Below are positions 36,876 through 47,417 of a stretch of 64,000 bases of DNA, one piece after another (within the stretch, counting starts at the first letter, position 1; every line of letters begins with the position of its first letter). Origin of the DNA: a virus; the IMG/VR virus record IMGVR_UViG_3300037454_000906, positions 96,001 to 160,000 of that record; one strand, 5' to 3'. The position numbers were made by a program, and so were the translations under genes. The notes beneath the pieces are model-generated. The model had not been told where the DNA came from. It made no database searches and worked only from the letters and a program-made list of their open reading frames with translations.

Positions 36876-37319
36876 ATGAGGCGAAAGAAGGACCTATTGT
36901 CCAGCATTCATATGCTCGATTACAGATTTTATGACTCCACGGGAAAGCCGTACAACCCCAAAGGAAAACCGAAAACCCAACGGGGAACTGTACCGGCTGC
37001 GATAATGCGTGACGCGAACGAATACAAGTTCCCCGAAATGTTCTATATAGTGCAAAACCTCATCGAAGTGTATGGAAATGATTCCACGCTCGGTGAAATC
37101 ATCTGCAAATTCCGTCCACTCGGCTTCAAATGCCCGCAATGCAACGGGAGCGGCAAAATACAGGAAAAGTATGATGCGTATCCAGCCGGCATGCCCGATT
37201 CCGGGTGCGTGCACGATTGGCAGTATCGGGACGTGGAATGCTCCCTTTGTAACGGGTCCGGCGCGCTCGAAAAGAAAATGAAGCCGCGCATGGTCCGGGA
37301 TGGATGGGAGGAGGCGTGA
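36876..37319 (+). CDS. DnaJ-type zinc-finger-containing protein
   Basis: CPQCNGSG and CSLCNGSG. Confidence 0.7.
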   Translation: MRRKKDLLSSIHMLDYRFYDSTGKPYNPKGKPKTQRGTVPAAIMRDANEYKFPEMFYIVQNLIEVYGNDSTLGEIICKFRPLGFKCPQCNGSGKIQEKYDAYPAGMPDSGCVHDWQYRDVECSLCNGSGALEKKMKPRMVRDGWEEA

Positions 37320-37702
37320 ACCACAAGGAATGGATTCTCCATGAAGTCGAGGAGGCCGAACGGCGTTATTGGACCTTCGGTGTCCATTTCGGTTGCGGAA
37401 TCGAGCAGCTTTTTGCCGATCTTCCATATGAGTTCAAACTGAATCCATCAAAGGAATTTATGGCCAAGTATGCCGGCGCGGTAGAACGGTACCTTCCGAT
37501 AACCCCGGTCGCCCCGCCACCTCGACTCCGACCGGGTACCCTGGAATATGTCATAGAGACCACCGAATACGGCCACGTCATGAAAGAAATGTATGACCTG
37601 GGGATAGAGCTTTCCGTTGAGTCGATTCGGGACTATATTGATGGTATTCGACGCGCAGACTGGGCTCGACGCGCGGCCCGGGCATCACTTTCCACCATAT
37701 AG
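37304..37702 (+). CDS. hypothetical protein
   Basis: ORF; start uncertain. Confidence 0.6.
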   Translation: MGGGVNHKEWILHEVEEAERRYWTFGVHFGCGIEQLFADLPYEFKLNPSKEFMAKYAGAVERYLPITPVAPPPRLRPGTLEYVIETTEYGHVMKEMYDLGIELSVESIRDYIDGIRRADWARRAARASLSTI

Positions 37703-38386
37703 TTCACGGAGGGATTTGGGAAATTCCACCGGACCGGCAACCGGGGTAACGCCTATTATGTGGTTCGCCAGCAGGTCCGGATGTCGCCTTTCATTGCGAT
37801 TCCTCGGTACGTTCGGAATTTTCAGGGAATCATCCGGAAACATTGGGGGAAATTTTCTACATCCGCGTACACGGGGACGTTCGAATGGAACAATATCCCG
37901 ACTCGTTCTGCACAGTTCCTTGCGGTAAGCATCGGCCTCAGCTTTCCTTGCCGTGGCAAGCTCATCCAGGAGATTGAGATATCTCCTGTATGCCTCGACG
38001 TTCCTGCGGAACACGATGCGGTCGCCGCAGATGGTATATTCGCCGAATGCCGGGGAACCCCCGTCCGCGCCATGTGCCGTGTCACAGATGAACACCGGAA
38101 CGTCTATGTAGCCACCCCACTGCCCGAATGATTCGTTAACCATGCCCACCGCGTCGGAGCAATCCCCCGGATGGAGTTCCCAACGGTAACTGTGCATGAA
38201 ATCATGTATCCGGGTGAACCTCCCGGGCACCTCGTCGTTATGCGCATCCACCAGGTAGATTTGCTTATCACCGTAACGGCGGCAGATGTCCCGGAGTTCG
38301 CCGCAGGTAATCTGGTGATATTCTCGACCGAGTGACCTGATTTCGGTCCTTATTTCGTTGCTTTTTCTCATGGTTATCCCCAACAA
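37685..38386 (-). CDS. hypothetical protein
   Basis: ORF. Confidence 0.65.
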   Translation of the reverse strand: MLGITMRKSNEIRTEIRSLGREYHQITCGELRDICRRYGDKQIYLVDAHNDEVPGRFTRIHDFMHSYRWELHPGDCSDAVGMVNESFGQWGGYIDVPVFICDTAHGADGGSPAFGEYTICGDRIVFRRNVEAYRRYLNLLDELATARKAEADAYRKELCRTSRDIVPFERPRVRGCRKFPPMFPDDSLKIPNVPRNRNERRHPDLLANHIIGVTPVAGPVEFPKSLRELYGGK

Positions 38387-38653
38387 TCAGTAATCCCGAA
38401 CGGATTCGGGCTCGTGTCCAATATATGCCGTGATTTTCGCCTGCAGTGCATCCGTTGCGTCGACCGCGGTAACCTTCTTCCCGTTGACAAGCACAACATG
38501 CTTGCAGTTGTTCGGCAATTTCATGGAGTACGATTCCATGAACACCGATGCCACCGCATTCGGGATCGGGTGATGCGGGGAGTCCTCCATGGCAATGATG
38601 TGGCAGAACTTAATCGTCTCGTAAGCTATGCGGCGCTTCATACTCACCACCAC
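38387..38653 (-). CDS. hypothetical protein
   Basis: ORF. Confidence 0.6.
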   Translation of the reverse strand: MVVSMKRRIAYETIKFCHIIAMEDSPHHPIPNAVASVFMESYSMKLPNNCKHVVLVNGKKVTAVDATDALQAKITAYIGHEPESVRDY

Positions 38654-39306
38654 TCCTCTGGATGGAACGGCTTCGGGTCGGGGAATTTCGATGAGGGGAA
38701 TGCCCTCACGCGATCCAGCATTTGGTCGAATTTTTGTTCGGTTTCGGCCTTCTTCTGTGTCAGGACATCCGTAACGTCAGAGAAATCGGCCATCTTGAAC
38801 CGTCTCGACATTATCGCCATATATTCCAAAAAGTCACGTTCAAGATCATGCAATTCAAATATGCTTTCATCGCGATGAGTCAGGCATATATTCCAGAGGT
38901 TCTTATCCACGCCCGGGCCGGAAATCATCAGTGTCCCGCCCCCGTCTTGGTAAAGGTCAACCGAGTTGACCATAATGTACGTGCAATCGTCAGCGAGCAC
39001 CACCTTCCCAAGAAGCCATTCGCGACACTCCTTTAAGATCGTCTTGTAGCACTCGAACACTTTAACCTGCAGGGCATTTCTTTTCGAGTTTATCTTGTTC
39101 TCCTTTTTTCTCATTGTTTCCAGCAGCCGCCTCTCTTCTTCGGTCGGATCCTTGAGCTGGGACAACGAGAACCGGACATCTGCCCGGATTCTGCACGAGC
39201 CACCCGTTGCGTACGCATCGGTAAACTCGGATTCTTGGTTTTTGCTCGCGAACAGCTTCATTATTGCGGTCCGCACGGAATTGGGCATAGAAAATTCAGC
39301 TATCAT
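38644..39306 (-). CDS. hypothetical protein (coiled coil plus LLGK family)
   Basis: Leaderless start. Confidence 0.7.
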   Translation of the reverse strand: MIAEFSMPNSVRTAIMKLFASKNQESEFTDAYATGGSCRIRADVRFSLSQLKDPTEEERRLLETMRKKENKINSKRNALQVKVFECYKTILKECREWLLGKVVLADDCTYIMVNSVDLYQDGGGTLMISGPGVDKNLWNICLTHRDESIFELHDLERDFLEYMAIMSRRFKMADFSDVTDVLTQKKAETEQKFDQMLDRVRAFPSSKFPDPKPFHPEEWW

Positions 39307-39312
39307 ATCCCA

Positions 39313-39362
39313 AATATAGCAAAAAATTCAGAATTGACACCGGTGATGGTTTTTGCTATATT
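39313..39362. promoter_or_regulatory. divergent promoter pair
   Basis: Plus TTGACA-N17-TATATT; minus TGC-TATATT-N6-ATG. Confidence 0.75.
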
Positions 39363-39404
39363 CATGTACAAGGAGAGAGCAATTCCTCTCACCCACTAAA
39401 AACA

Positions 39405-39620
39405 ATGACCATATCATGTATCATCCTCATGGCAGCCATGTATCTCGGGCTGCTTTCGGCGGTAATCCTGGGTGGATTCCTTCTGTTTACAAAGCCAGAC
39501 CCCAGGGTCCCGGCGTTTAACGCCAGCCGCAGGTTCTGGATCCGGCAATGCGCTACGATGCTCTGCATCTGCGTGGTGGCAATCATCTGGTGCCTGGCGA
39601 ACATCACCGGAGTTCTATGA
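39405..39620 (+). CDS. membrane protein
   Basis: Two TM helices. Confidence 0.65.
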   Translation: MTISCIILMAAMYLGLLSAVILGGFLLFTKPDPRVPAFNASRRFWIRQCATMLCICVVAIIWCLANITGVL

Positions 39621-39621
39621 C

Positions 39622-40335
39622 ATGAGTTCGACGCGGACCAACAGAAAGTTCAAGATAGCAAGCCCGTTCCTTAACCAGCGGGAGATTTCGTCCAATTTCC
39701 ATGGACAGGAAGTGTATAAGTCCGACACATGGCACCCGTATTACCGTTACGAGGAACGGGATGAACTTGGAAGGCTTACCGGCATCTACTACGCCGACGA
39801 AAACAAGAAGCCGAGGCCGAGGAGGCTCGTGGTCAAGTATTCCGACGACAGCAAGCGCCCGTATGCAATATGGTTCTGCTACGACGGGACCGAAGACATG
39901 CACTTCTGCTTCAAGTACACGAAAACCGGGGACCTCGACACGATTTACTTCTGGGGCAACGCCGGGAATACATGCAACGAGTTCCATTACAAGAAGGCGA
40001 CACAGACAACCACGGTCAAGGAAGGCCGCCGGACGACATACAAGGAGAGCTGGTCGGCGGTCACGATCAACGGCCACCCCGCGCTGTTCCTCCGTAAACT
40101 GCCGGACATGACCGATGTCGCCGGGTTCTTCCATACCCACATGAAGGACCCTCCCTACCCCCAGACCCTGCTCGAAAACGACCGGGCAATCCACGACTGG
40201 CTGGGCATAAGCGCGGAAATCCTGCACGACAGGTACCCGAAGGAACCCCCGCGCCCCTTTGACCCGAAACTGGACGGTTACTGGCTGCGGCAGATGAATG
40301 ACATCCAGAATACCATCAACAAGCCGCACCCGTAA
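39622..40335 (+). CDS. hypothetical protein
   Basis: ORF. Confidence 0.7.
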   Translation: MSSTRTNRKFKIASPFLNQREISSNFHGQEVYKSDTWHPYYRYEERDELGRLTGIYYADENKKPRPRRLVVKYSDDSKRPYAIWFCYDGTEDMHFCFKYTKTGDLDTIYFWGNAGNTCNEFHYKKATQTTTVKEGRRTTYKESWSAVTINGHPALFLRKLPDMTDVAGFFHTHMKDPPYPQTLLENDRAIHDWLGISAEILHDRYPKEPPRPFDPKLDGYWLRQMNDIQNTINKPHP

Positions 40336-40363
40336 ATAAATTTTAACTTTTTCTGAGGTCACA

Positions 40364-40795
40364 ATGCAACAGCAACCAGTCCAAAATCCGCTAGTCCATG
40401 TAATCATCCCCAAGTGGGTGACGGCGGAATACACATTCCAGCCGGTGCCGCGGTTCGTCATACTGCTGGAAGCCGCGATTCCCGTAGGGACCGCGCACAA
40501 GCTGCGCAGCTCTGGGCGCGTCACCGACTACTTCATCGAGACCTGGCGGACGCCCGCCGAGATCCGCGAATACATCCACAAGTTCGACATGGTGGTGGCA
40601 CCGGTCCACTTAGCCTATACCGAAATAGAGAAGTGCCCCCGGAAGCTGTCCATCGCGCTCTCCAGGGAACGGGCCAAATACTGCGTGACCCGTTCCGACG
40701 AGGACGAGAAAAGAAAATCATTCCTGCTCTCGCTTTCATGCGGGCTCAACAGCGGACGGAGAATCCCAGATGACACCGAGAAGACAACACGCTAA
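40364..40795 (+). CDS. hypothetical protein
   Basis: ORF with GAGG RBS. Confidence 0.6.
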   Translation: MQQQPVQNPLVHVIIPKWVTAEYTFQPVPRFVILLEAAIPVGTAHKLRSSGRVTDYFIETWRTPAEIREYIHKFDMVVAPVHLAYTEIEKCPRKLSIALSRERAKYCVTRSDEDEKRKSFLLSLSCGLNSGRRIPDDTEKTTR

Positions 40796-41276
40796 AGCAC
40801 CGAACGGCATGAGCGGCCTCAGGGCACGAGCGAATTGGAACACGACCACCATAGTGAATCCTTACAGGAAGGCCCTCGTGTTAGCAATCGGGAAATTGAT
40901 CTGGCCACACATAAGGAGCATGTCGGGGTTCTGTGGACGCTGTTCGTCTGATGTCATCCTTACATATGCCAATGTTGGCGGATACAAGGCATTCAAGAAG
41001 AGATTCGGTATAGACTTCGTGGAGAGCAAAACGGTATACTTCGGGCCGAACACGATTTCGTCTGAACTTGTCGAGACAATCGACCATGTCCTCCCCCGCG
41101 ACGAGGACATGTCATACGTTGCCTCGATAGATGTCACCAAGCCATTCAATGAAAATGAGACGGTACGGATAGCCAACCCGTATCCGCCTCCCCCGAAATA
41201 CCCGAGGTGCAGAGACGAGCAGGGTGATGGCGGCGAATTAAAGCATCGGAATACTAATCAAAGGAGCGATACATGA
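40770..41276 (+). CDS. hypothetical protein
   Basis: ORF. Confidence 0.6.
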   Translation: MTPRRQHAKAPNGMSGLRARANWNTTTIVNPYRKALVLAIGKLIWPHIRSMSGFCGRCSSDVILTYANVGGYKAFKKRFGIDFVESKTVYFGPNTISSELVETIDHVLPRDEDMSYVASIDVTKPFNENETVRIANPYPPPPKYPRCRDEQGDGGELKHRNTNQRSDT

Positions 41277-41947
41277 GCGAAGAGCTGAGAACATACGACT
41301 TTCCTGTTGACCATGGGGACTTCACGACTACCGTTGAGCTGTTCTACCTGAAATCCGATGTCGACGAGCGTATACGCTCGATGAAGCAGGAAATTGGCGA
41401 ACTGAAGGACAAGCTGCGCCACTATCCGATGATGGTGTCAATCATCGCATCGGGCAATAAGAAAATCACCGAACTGGAAGCCGAACTCAGTGAACTGCGC
41501 GGCGGCAACAAGGATGTGCCGGCGAGCGCCGATTTAAACTCGACCCCAAAAACGCCGGAGGTTAACGAGACAACCAGTACGAAACCCAAGAAAACACCGG
41601 AAGAGCAAAAATTGGCCGACTACAATACGATGCTGAAAGACATCGAAAGGACAGCCGCACGCCCAATCCCGCCCGATACACAAGTACAGTACATCGGCGG
41701 CGTGCTGGATTGCTGGGAAGAACGGGGTATCCAGGTGAGCATGGTGCTTAATGCCGGAACCACAAATATATCGTGCCATCTTGTCTGGGGGCGGGAGATC
41801 AGTGTATTCCAGTATCGCCGCGAGGAACACCACGATGGGGCGCAGTTGTTGGTGGAAACTACCCTCGGGGACAAGGAAACATTCTTCAAGGCCTGGGATG
41901 CCGTTTATGGCAACGGCGACGCCAGTAAATTGTTCGGCAAATCGTAG
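41273..41947 (+). CDS. coiled-coil protein with C-terminal ETTLGDK domain
   Basis: ORF with AAGGAG RBS. Confidence 0.7.
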   Translation: MSEELRTYDFPVDHGDFTTTVELFYLKSDVDERIRSMKQEIGELKDKLRHYPMMVSIIASGNKKITELEAELSELRGGNKDVPASADLNSTPKTPEVNETTSTKPKKTPEEQKLADYNTMLKDIERTAARPIPPDTQVQYIGGVLDCWEERGIQVSMVLNAGTTNISCHLVWGREISVFQYRREEHHDGAQLLVETTLGDKETFFKAWDAVYGNGDASKLFGKS

Positions 41948-41962
41948 AAAGGAGTCAGCGCA

Positions 41963-42490
41963 ATGGGAAGAGACGCCGAGAAAACCAGAATCAAGGAACT
42001 ACGCGAGTCCGTCATAGAGGCCATGCGGAATTCAGTAAAGGATCATCCGGAAAAGTACGATCCGGACCGGCTCCAGGCGGCGATTGACGCCATCGACAAG
42101 GTCAAGGACAGTAACCTTGACGCATGGCTCATTCTAGGCAAGCATATGGCCATACTCATGCGCCAGATTTCCTTCAGCAAAGAAGAACTCGACAAGATCC
42201 GTGCCGTGTTCAAGGAACTGGATTGCGAGGTGCTGATGGACTTCCAGGGCAAACAGGAGCGACGGGACCGCGACGACTGGTACTGGAAACTGAAGACTCC
42301 CACAATCGCCAAATATGCCGTCTCGGTAACCAAATGGAACCACAAGGATCCGTATGTCCTCGGGGCATGCGGCAAGTGTGGATGGGGATGGAGAGCACTG
42401 TGCACCTTCGAGCACAAGGACATCGATACTCTCGTGAAGCGTATCCGCTGCATACTCAACGAAGACATCCAGTACGGGGAGGACGACTAA
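41963..42490 (+). CDS. hypothetical protein
   Basis: ORF with AAGGAG RBS. Confidence 0.7.
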   Translation: MGRDAEKTRIKELRESVIEAMRNSVKDHPEKYDPDRLQAAIDAIDKVKDSNLDAWLILGKHMAILMRQISFSKEELDKIRAVFKELDCEVLMDFQGKQERRDRDDWYWKLKTPTIAKYAVSVTKWNHKDPYVLGACGKCGWGWRALCTFEHKDIDTLVKRIRCILNEDIQYGEDD

Positions 42491-43035
42491 TGCTTGACAG
42501 AATTTATCCCAAGCCAGAAAACCAGTTTCTCAAGCACGGTGTCGACCAGTTCACCTATGACGAGACCGAGAAACTGCCGTATGACACGTGCGACTACTCG
42601 AGCGACCTGCTGACTCTTGAAGACTACATCAGCATATCGCGTGAATACGGCTTGAAGATTCTCATCTATCGCGGCTATGGCATATATTGCAACGGGTACG
42701 AACACAACCGTCGATACTTGGCATTATACAAGGATGTACCGGTATGGACATGCACATTCCCTCGCTACGAATGGCGTTTGTTCAATAACGAAATGCGTCT
42801 GCTTGATGACGTGGAACATAACGAAGATTGGACTGACGGGCATGCGTGGATGATTCCCCTGGACCGTTGCTACATACGCGAACCGGTGTTCCGCAAGTGT
42901 ATCGAGCTGATCAAGAAGTACATCGACGAATCCGGGTTCAGCCGAGAAAAGTTCGCCTCGCTAGGTGGCGAACGTGCCATCGGCCTCGACGAAATCACAA
43001 ACCCCAAGATTCAAGACATCACGGATCCGAAATAG
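42490..43035 (+). CDS. hypothetical protein
   Basis: TAATG-coupled start MLDRIY. Confidence 0.7.
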   Translation: MLDRIYPKPENQFLKHGVDQFTYDETEKLPYDTCDYSSDLLTLEDYISISREYGLKILIYRGYGIYCNGYEHNRRYLALYKDVPVWTCTFPRYEWRLFNNEMRLLDDVEHNEDWTDGHAWMIPLDRCYIREPVFRKCIELIKKYIDESGFSREKFASLGGERAIGLDEITNPKIQDITDPK

Positions 43036-43110
43036 GGGAACCCGGGCAACTTACGGCCACAGCTCCGATCTTGTCCAAGGACAGTGAATGGCCTAAGGAA
43101 AACGCGCGGT

Positions 43111-43989
43111 TTACCCAAACTCGTGTAATACTATCGACTCGTTTGACCATCCACCGGTAAGCCGACCGTCGGCATGCAATACGAAGTTTCTTATGTATGA
43201 ACCGGACATTTCGATTCTTCGTTCAAGCGCAACGTCAACATCACGGTATTCCACCATGACATCCCCCATGTGCCCATGCATGCAGTGGCACTTGGTTGAA
43301 TCCTTGCGACCGGCAAGGTTATTGGCGAACCAATTCAATATGGTGGGATTCCGTGTGCCGAAGTAGTCGGGGCGGAATAGTATGGATTTGATATCATGTT
43401 CCGATGCTGACTTTATGTAAGACTGTATCCATTCCGGGTTGATGTCAGCCGTATGCATTGTGCAGTTCAACCGGCTCCGTATTACATCCGGTTTCAACAT
43501 GTGCAATATGGCGGCCACCGTATCCAGCCCGGGAATATCCCTGTCACCGAATACGTCACGATTCGCCTCATCGTCGTAATGGTGACGGCTGATGTTCAGG
43601 TATTTCAATTTGGTCAGCCCATCAAGAAGTACAAAATTTTTCGCCAGGTATCTACCGTTGGTCGTCACTGCATAGTAGTCCAGTCCGCCGTTGTCCAATA
43701 CGTTGAACAGATTGGACAGGGTGATATAATCGGGGACGATAAGCGGTTCACCCCCGGTGACGGATACGCGGTCAACCACGCCAGCTGACACGAGTTCGGC
43801 CAAGCATTTCTCCAACGATTTCGGCGATAGTACCCTCGTGCCATGTTGCGCCGAGCAAAATGGGCAGTGGGCATTACATACGTCGGTAAACTCAACATAT
43901 AGGGTGCGCTTGGGGGAGTTGCTTGTGCAACACGAACCGTAAAACACTTGGTATTCGTTGCCAAATAGAGTCACATTATTGTATTCCAT
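43111..43989 (-). CDS. radical SAM protein
   Basis: CNAHCPFC, TGGEPL, TTNG, NISRH. Confidence 0.88.
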   Translation of the reverse strand: MEYNNVTLFGNEYQVFYGSCCTSNSPKRTLYVEFTDVCNAHCPFCSAQHGTRVLSPKSLEKCLAELVSAGVVDRVSVTGGEPLIVPDYITLSNLFNVLDNGGLDYYAVTTNGRYLAKNFVLLDGLTKLKYLNISRHHYDDEANRDVFGDRDIPGLDTVAAILHMLKPDVIRSRLNCTMHTADINPEWIQSYIKSASEHDIKSILFRPDYFGTRNPTILNWFANNLAGRKDSTKCHCMHGHMGDVMVEYRDVDVALERRIEMSGSYIRNFVLHADGRLTGGWSNESIVLHEFG

Positions 43990-43995
43990 GATCCA

Positions 43996-44024
43996 TATAT
44001 AGCAATTTTTGTCCCCCTGGGCAA
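43996..44024 (-). promoter_or_regulatory. early promoter, leaderless
   Basis: TTGCCC-N17-TATATA-N6-ATG. Confidence 0.75.
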
Positions 44025-44241
44025 CCGGTGGCATGGCCACGCATATATTTATATATGGCGCGTGCCCGGTATAAACTGATCGTGGAAGTCAGTGCTCATT
44101 TTTCGAGGATTTGTGAATAAGAATAACCAGCTCGTCCTTGGTAAGCGGTCGGAACGTTGAGTGAGTTGCAAAATACTTAATTTTTGCTATATTAAATGTT
44201 GACATGTAATGAAGTATGTCAATATTTAAAGGAATGCCCAA

Positions 44242-44823
44242 ATGGATATCAATTTAACCGAATTAGGTAAATTTTCAATAGGTGCATTATGCTTTGTAAT
44301 CTGTGTATATCTTATTTGTAAATCAAAATGGACTGGCCCGATAGAAGCGGTAAAACTGGCGGTATCATATTTAACCAGTATTGGAACACGAATAAAAAAT
44401 ATATTGAAACACATTGCTTACCGACAGTTGTATGATATGGCTTGGTTCTTTAAGGAAACCGGTTACGGTGCATTACATGATTTTTTAACCGAGCTTCGTG
44501 ATAAAGCTCGAACCAAGCACGTATCGGCAAATGAGATTATTGACGGTATTAGAGAGTACGAGACCAGAGTTGATTTGACCGGCTTTGATTTTTTACACAG
44601 ATGCATTCGAATAGCAAAGAAACATTCAACGACAATTCATACGTTACTCGAACAATTATCTAAACACATTGAAACTTGTGCAAAAACTAAATATAACATC
44701 GAGGAGCTTTCCGACAACGATCGAAACACTCTCATATCGGATTGCACTAAATTGATTGACGTTCTGCAAGGATTTGTAGAATCAATCAATGAGCACCATA
44801 TACAAGTATTAATGCTATACTAA
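44242..44823 (+). CDS. membrane-anchored helical protein, AT-rich
   Basis: N-terminal TM; promoter at 44166-44193. Confidence 0.65.
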   Translation: MDINLTELGKFSIGALCFVICVYLICKSKWTGPIEAVKLAVSYLTSIGTRIKNILKHIAYRQLYDMAWFFKETGYGALHDFLTELRDKARTKHVSANEIIDGIREYETRVDLTGFDFLHRCIRIAKKHSTTIHTLLEQLSKHIETCAKTKYNIEELSDNDRNTLISDCTKLIDVLQGFVESINEHHIQVLMLY

Positions 44824-46592
44824 ATCTGCATCAATCCACGCCGTAAGAAATCTAGGCTTCCTTGGCGGAAGTACAAGATATAATTCTGGACGTTAGGTGT
44901 CGCATTCAGCAAGTCTGTGTTACATATATCAGCGACTTTGGTTACGAACTGGTTCCTAATTGGTTTGAACCGGAAGCACAAGTCATCGAACCTGTCGTTC
45001 CCACGAGCGACGTTACGATACGTTATGAATGGCTTGTTGAATATCAAACTGAATACAGTACCGTGGTATGAATCGGTTATGACATACTTAGCTTTGTTCA
45101 TATTGCTGATAAACTGCTCACAGCTCCCATCAAATGGAAGAACTTGCGTTCCTAGTGTATTGGCTAGTTTGTTCAATGAAGACTGCCATTCGGTACTGTC
45201 GTCAAGTATATAGGCAAATATACCGTCATTATCAAGGCAAGGTGACTCATTGATAGTATTTAAGTAGAAATTAGCGTCGTGCAACATCGTCGGATCGAGC
45301 ACCGGCGTCGAGTCGACGTGGAACCATCGCCGGGTCATTACCTGACCAAACAGCTCGCGAGTCGATATGTACTTGACTTGTTTAAGCGACTCTCTAATAC
45401 GACGTATTTCGTCATCACTATATAAGTAGTCGTGATGACCGAACGAAGCTGCATAGACAACTTTTTTGATGGTTGGATGAATACAATATTTATCATTAAA
45501 TGGTACCGGCGTACAGTAAAGTCGATTCCATACTTGATCGCTACCAACCACCATCACCTGGTAACTATCATTTATTGAGTTAGACTCCCATTTACAGTGC
45601 TTATCAAAGTATTTAAGATGCCCATTGTCAATTTGGTTAGGAAATACTGGTTGGAATCCAGTATATTCTTGAATTATGCTGGAAAGCGACACCGCCTGTA
45701 AAATTCCGCCAACATTTTTGTACACTTGATCCGTGACGATGCCAATTTTCGGTTGTGTTGTGAGTTTAGTGTAAAATGAATGATATGGTGGAACCGTCAG
45801 TTTCATATCAATACAGTTGTTCTTGGTAACAAAGGAATAATCAATTTGTACCTTGTTGATATCAGCCAACTCAACCAGTTTCTGACCCTTCTCAGTATGA
45901 ATGACGACAGCGGATAACCCTCGATTGTCGCTAGGCACTTTGTCACCGAGTTGTGTGTAACCCCACAGGTCGCCAATACTAATATCGGCCACGCTGTTCG
46001 CTCTATATTTACACTCGAAACACGACTTATTTAAAATGGTATTATTTAAGAATAACTGTATATAACGATTAGTATTATGGGATTCGTATAGCTCGGTTCC
46101 ATCCTTGAACTTAATCGAAATACCATAATTTGTCCACCCGTTTCGCTTGTCACGAAAATTAACTGATTCAATTGGTTTTCCAAGTTCCCTTAAATAGCGT
46201 TGCCATGCGTTCGCATTCGGTGTTCCATGGCAAAATATATCGACCGTGTACAAGTTTTCATAGTCTTTCTTTAGGAAGGCTTTTAAACCATATATTTGGC
46301 ACGGGGTTCCCGTGTATAACACCGTCGTACCAGCTTCCAATAAGTCTTCGCAATCCTTGAATGAGGTACCAGGTTTAGCCCTCAAATATTTCGACCCCAT
46401 CATAGGCGTGATATCGGAGTTAGTTCCTTTCATAACCACACTAAAGTCCGTATCGAACACCGCGCCGAATACGTACCCATCATCGGCTAAAACTTTGCTG
46501 GCAAAAGCTGAAAACATACCCCCGCTGCTACTATTAAACCGATCGATATCATGACGATTGTATGCGGCATAGACTTGCATAATTTTAGACAT
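44820..46592 (-). CDS. FrhB/FdhB C-terminal domain fused to polysaccharide pyruvyl transferase
   Basis: SSSGG, GSKY, GTPCQI, CHG; then GILQA, VGSDQVWN, YAASFG, STRE, DPT, TDSYHG..FS.IF.KPF. Confidence 0.85.
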   Translation of the reverse strand: MSKIMQVYAAYNRHDIDRFNSSSGGMFSAFASKVLADDGYVFGAVFDTDFSVVMKGTNSDITPMMGSKYLRAKPGTSFKDCEDLLEAGTTVLYTGTPCQIYGLKAFLKKDYENLYTVDIFCHGTPNANAWQRYLRELGKPIESVNFRDKRNGWTNYGISIKFKDGTELYESHNTNRYIQLFLNNTILNKSCFECKYRANSVADISIGDLWGYTQLGDKVPSDNRGLSAVVIHTEKGQKLVELADINKVQIDYSFVTKNNCIDMKLTVPPYHSFYTKLTTQPKIGIVTDQVYKNVGGILQAVSLSSIIQEYTGFQPVFPNQIDNGHLKYFDKHCKWESNSINDSYQVMVVGSDQVWNRLYCTPVPFNDKYCIHPTIKKVVYAASFGHHDYLYSDDEIRRIRESLKQVKYISTRELFGQVMTRRWFHVDSTPVLDPTMLHDANFYLNTINESPCLDNDGIFAYILDDSTEWQSSLNKLANTLGTQVLPFDGSCEQFISNMNKAKYVITDSYHGTVFSLIFNKPFITYRNVARGNDRFDDLCFRFKPIRNQFVTKVADICNTDLLNATPNVQNYILYFRQGSLDFLRRGLMQI

Positions 46593-46622
46593 ATTATCCT
46601 CGGATAAATAGGTTGAATGATG

Positions 46623-47417
46623 TTAGTAATTTTGAATACATTTATTCTTATCCCAAATCTTCTTCAATTCTGGGGAAACCTTCCACAGCTTATTCCACAT
46701 AGATGAAATCTGCCCCCACTGGTCACTCATAATTCGACCCATAGCGACATCTTGATTACTAGCTTGCATATGCAAGATCGAATAAGCGTCAACCGCTCTA
46801 TATCGTGTACCATTCAGAACATGCAACAGCCGCATAAATTCGTCATCCATATCCTTAAAGAACTCATGACCAAAAGTCTCATCCAACGGATAAAGTGAAT
46901 TAGGCGGATAAAGGGCAACACCATACCGAACATTGTCGATACAGCCGTTAAGTGTTAAATCGGGTAATACGTGGTTATACCCATAGATAACTCGATCTGG
47001 ATCCTTGGTATGGAGTTCCCACAGCGTAGTCAAGAAATTGTTCTTCGCCGGGGAATCGTCGTCGACCGTGATGATAGGAACATCTGGGTAAGCACGAGCC
47101 ACTGGGAAGTATTTTTTGTAAGCCTTAGTATTCGCACCAGTCCACATCAACTCAGCGTTCGGGGCTAATTTTATAACAGTAACCAGTTCGGCGGGCAGCT
47201 CAACTTCCTTCATAGGAAACTCGTCCGTACTAAGCACCAAGATAACCTTAAAGTTACACACCTTGGGCTGCTTTATAAAACTAAAAAGAGTTAATCGAAG
47301 GATTTCGCTATTGATGCGGCCCTTCCATGAAGTCATTGCAATTATGCAGTCTAGTCTTTCGCTCATACCACCAAGTTTATACAGTCGCTTAACCGGATCG
47401 TAGCGAGGCGTAGACAC
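46623..47417 (-). CDS. GT-A fold glycosyltransferase-like
   Basis: MTSW..RI, LS.DEFP, YKK..P, IITVDDD. Confidence 0.7.
   Translation of the reverse strand: MSTPRYDPVKRLYKLGGMSERLDCIIAMTSWKGRINSEILRLTLFSFIKQPKVCNFKVILVLSTDEFPMKEVELPAELVTVIKLAPNAELMWTGANTKAYKKYFPVARAYPDVPIITVDDDSPAKNNFLTTLWELHTKDPDRVIYGYNHVLPDLTLNGCIDNVRYGVALYPPNSLYPLDETFGHEFFKDMDDEFMRLLHVLNGTRYRAVDAYSILHMQASNQDVAMGRIMSDQWGQISSMWNKLWKVSPELKKIWDKNKCIQNY

Noticed and set aside
43111-43989. QueE partner of the QueC-like gene
   Set aside because: Only generic radical SAM motifs, longer than QueE, 35 kb away, and no queD/folE/dpdA in the window.
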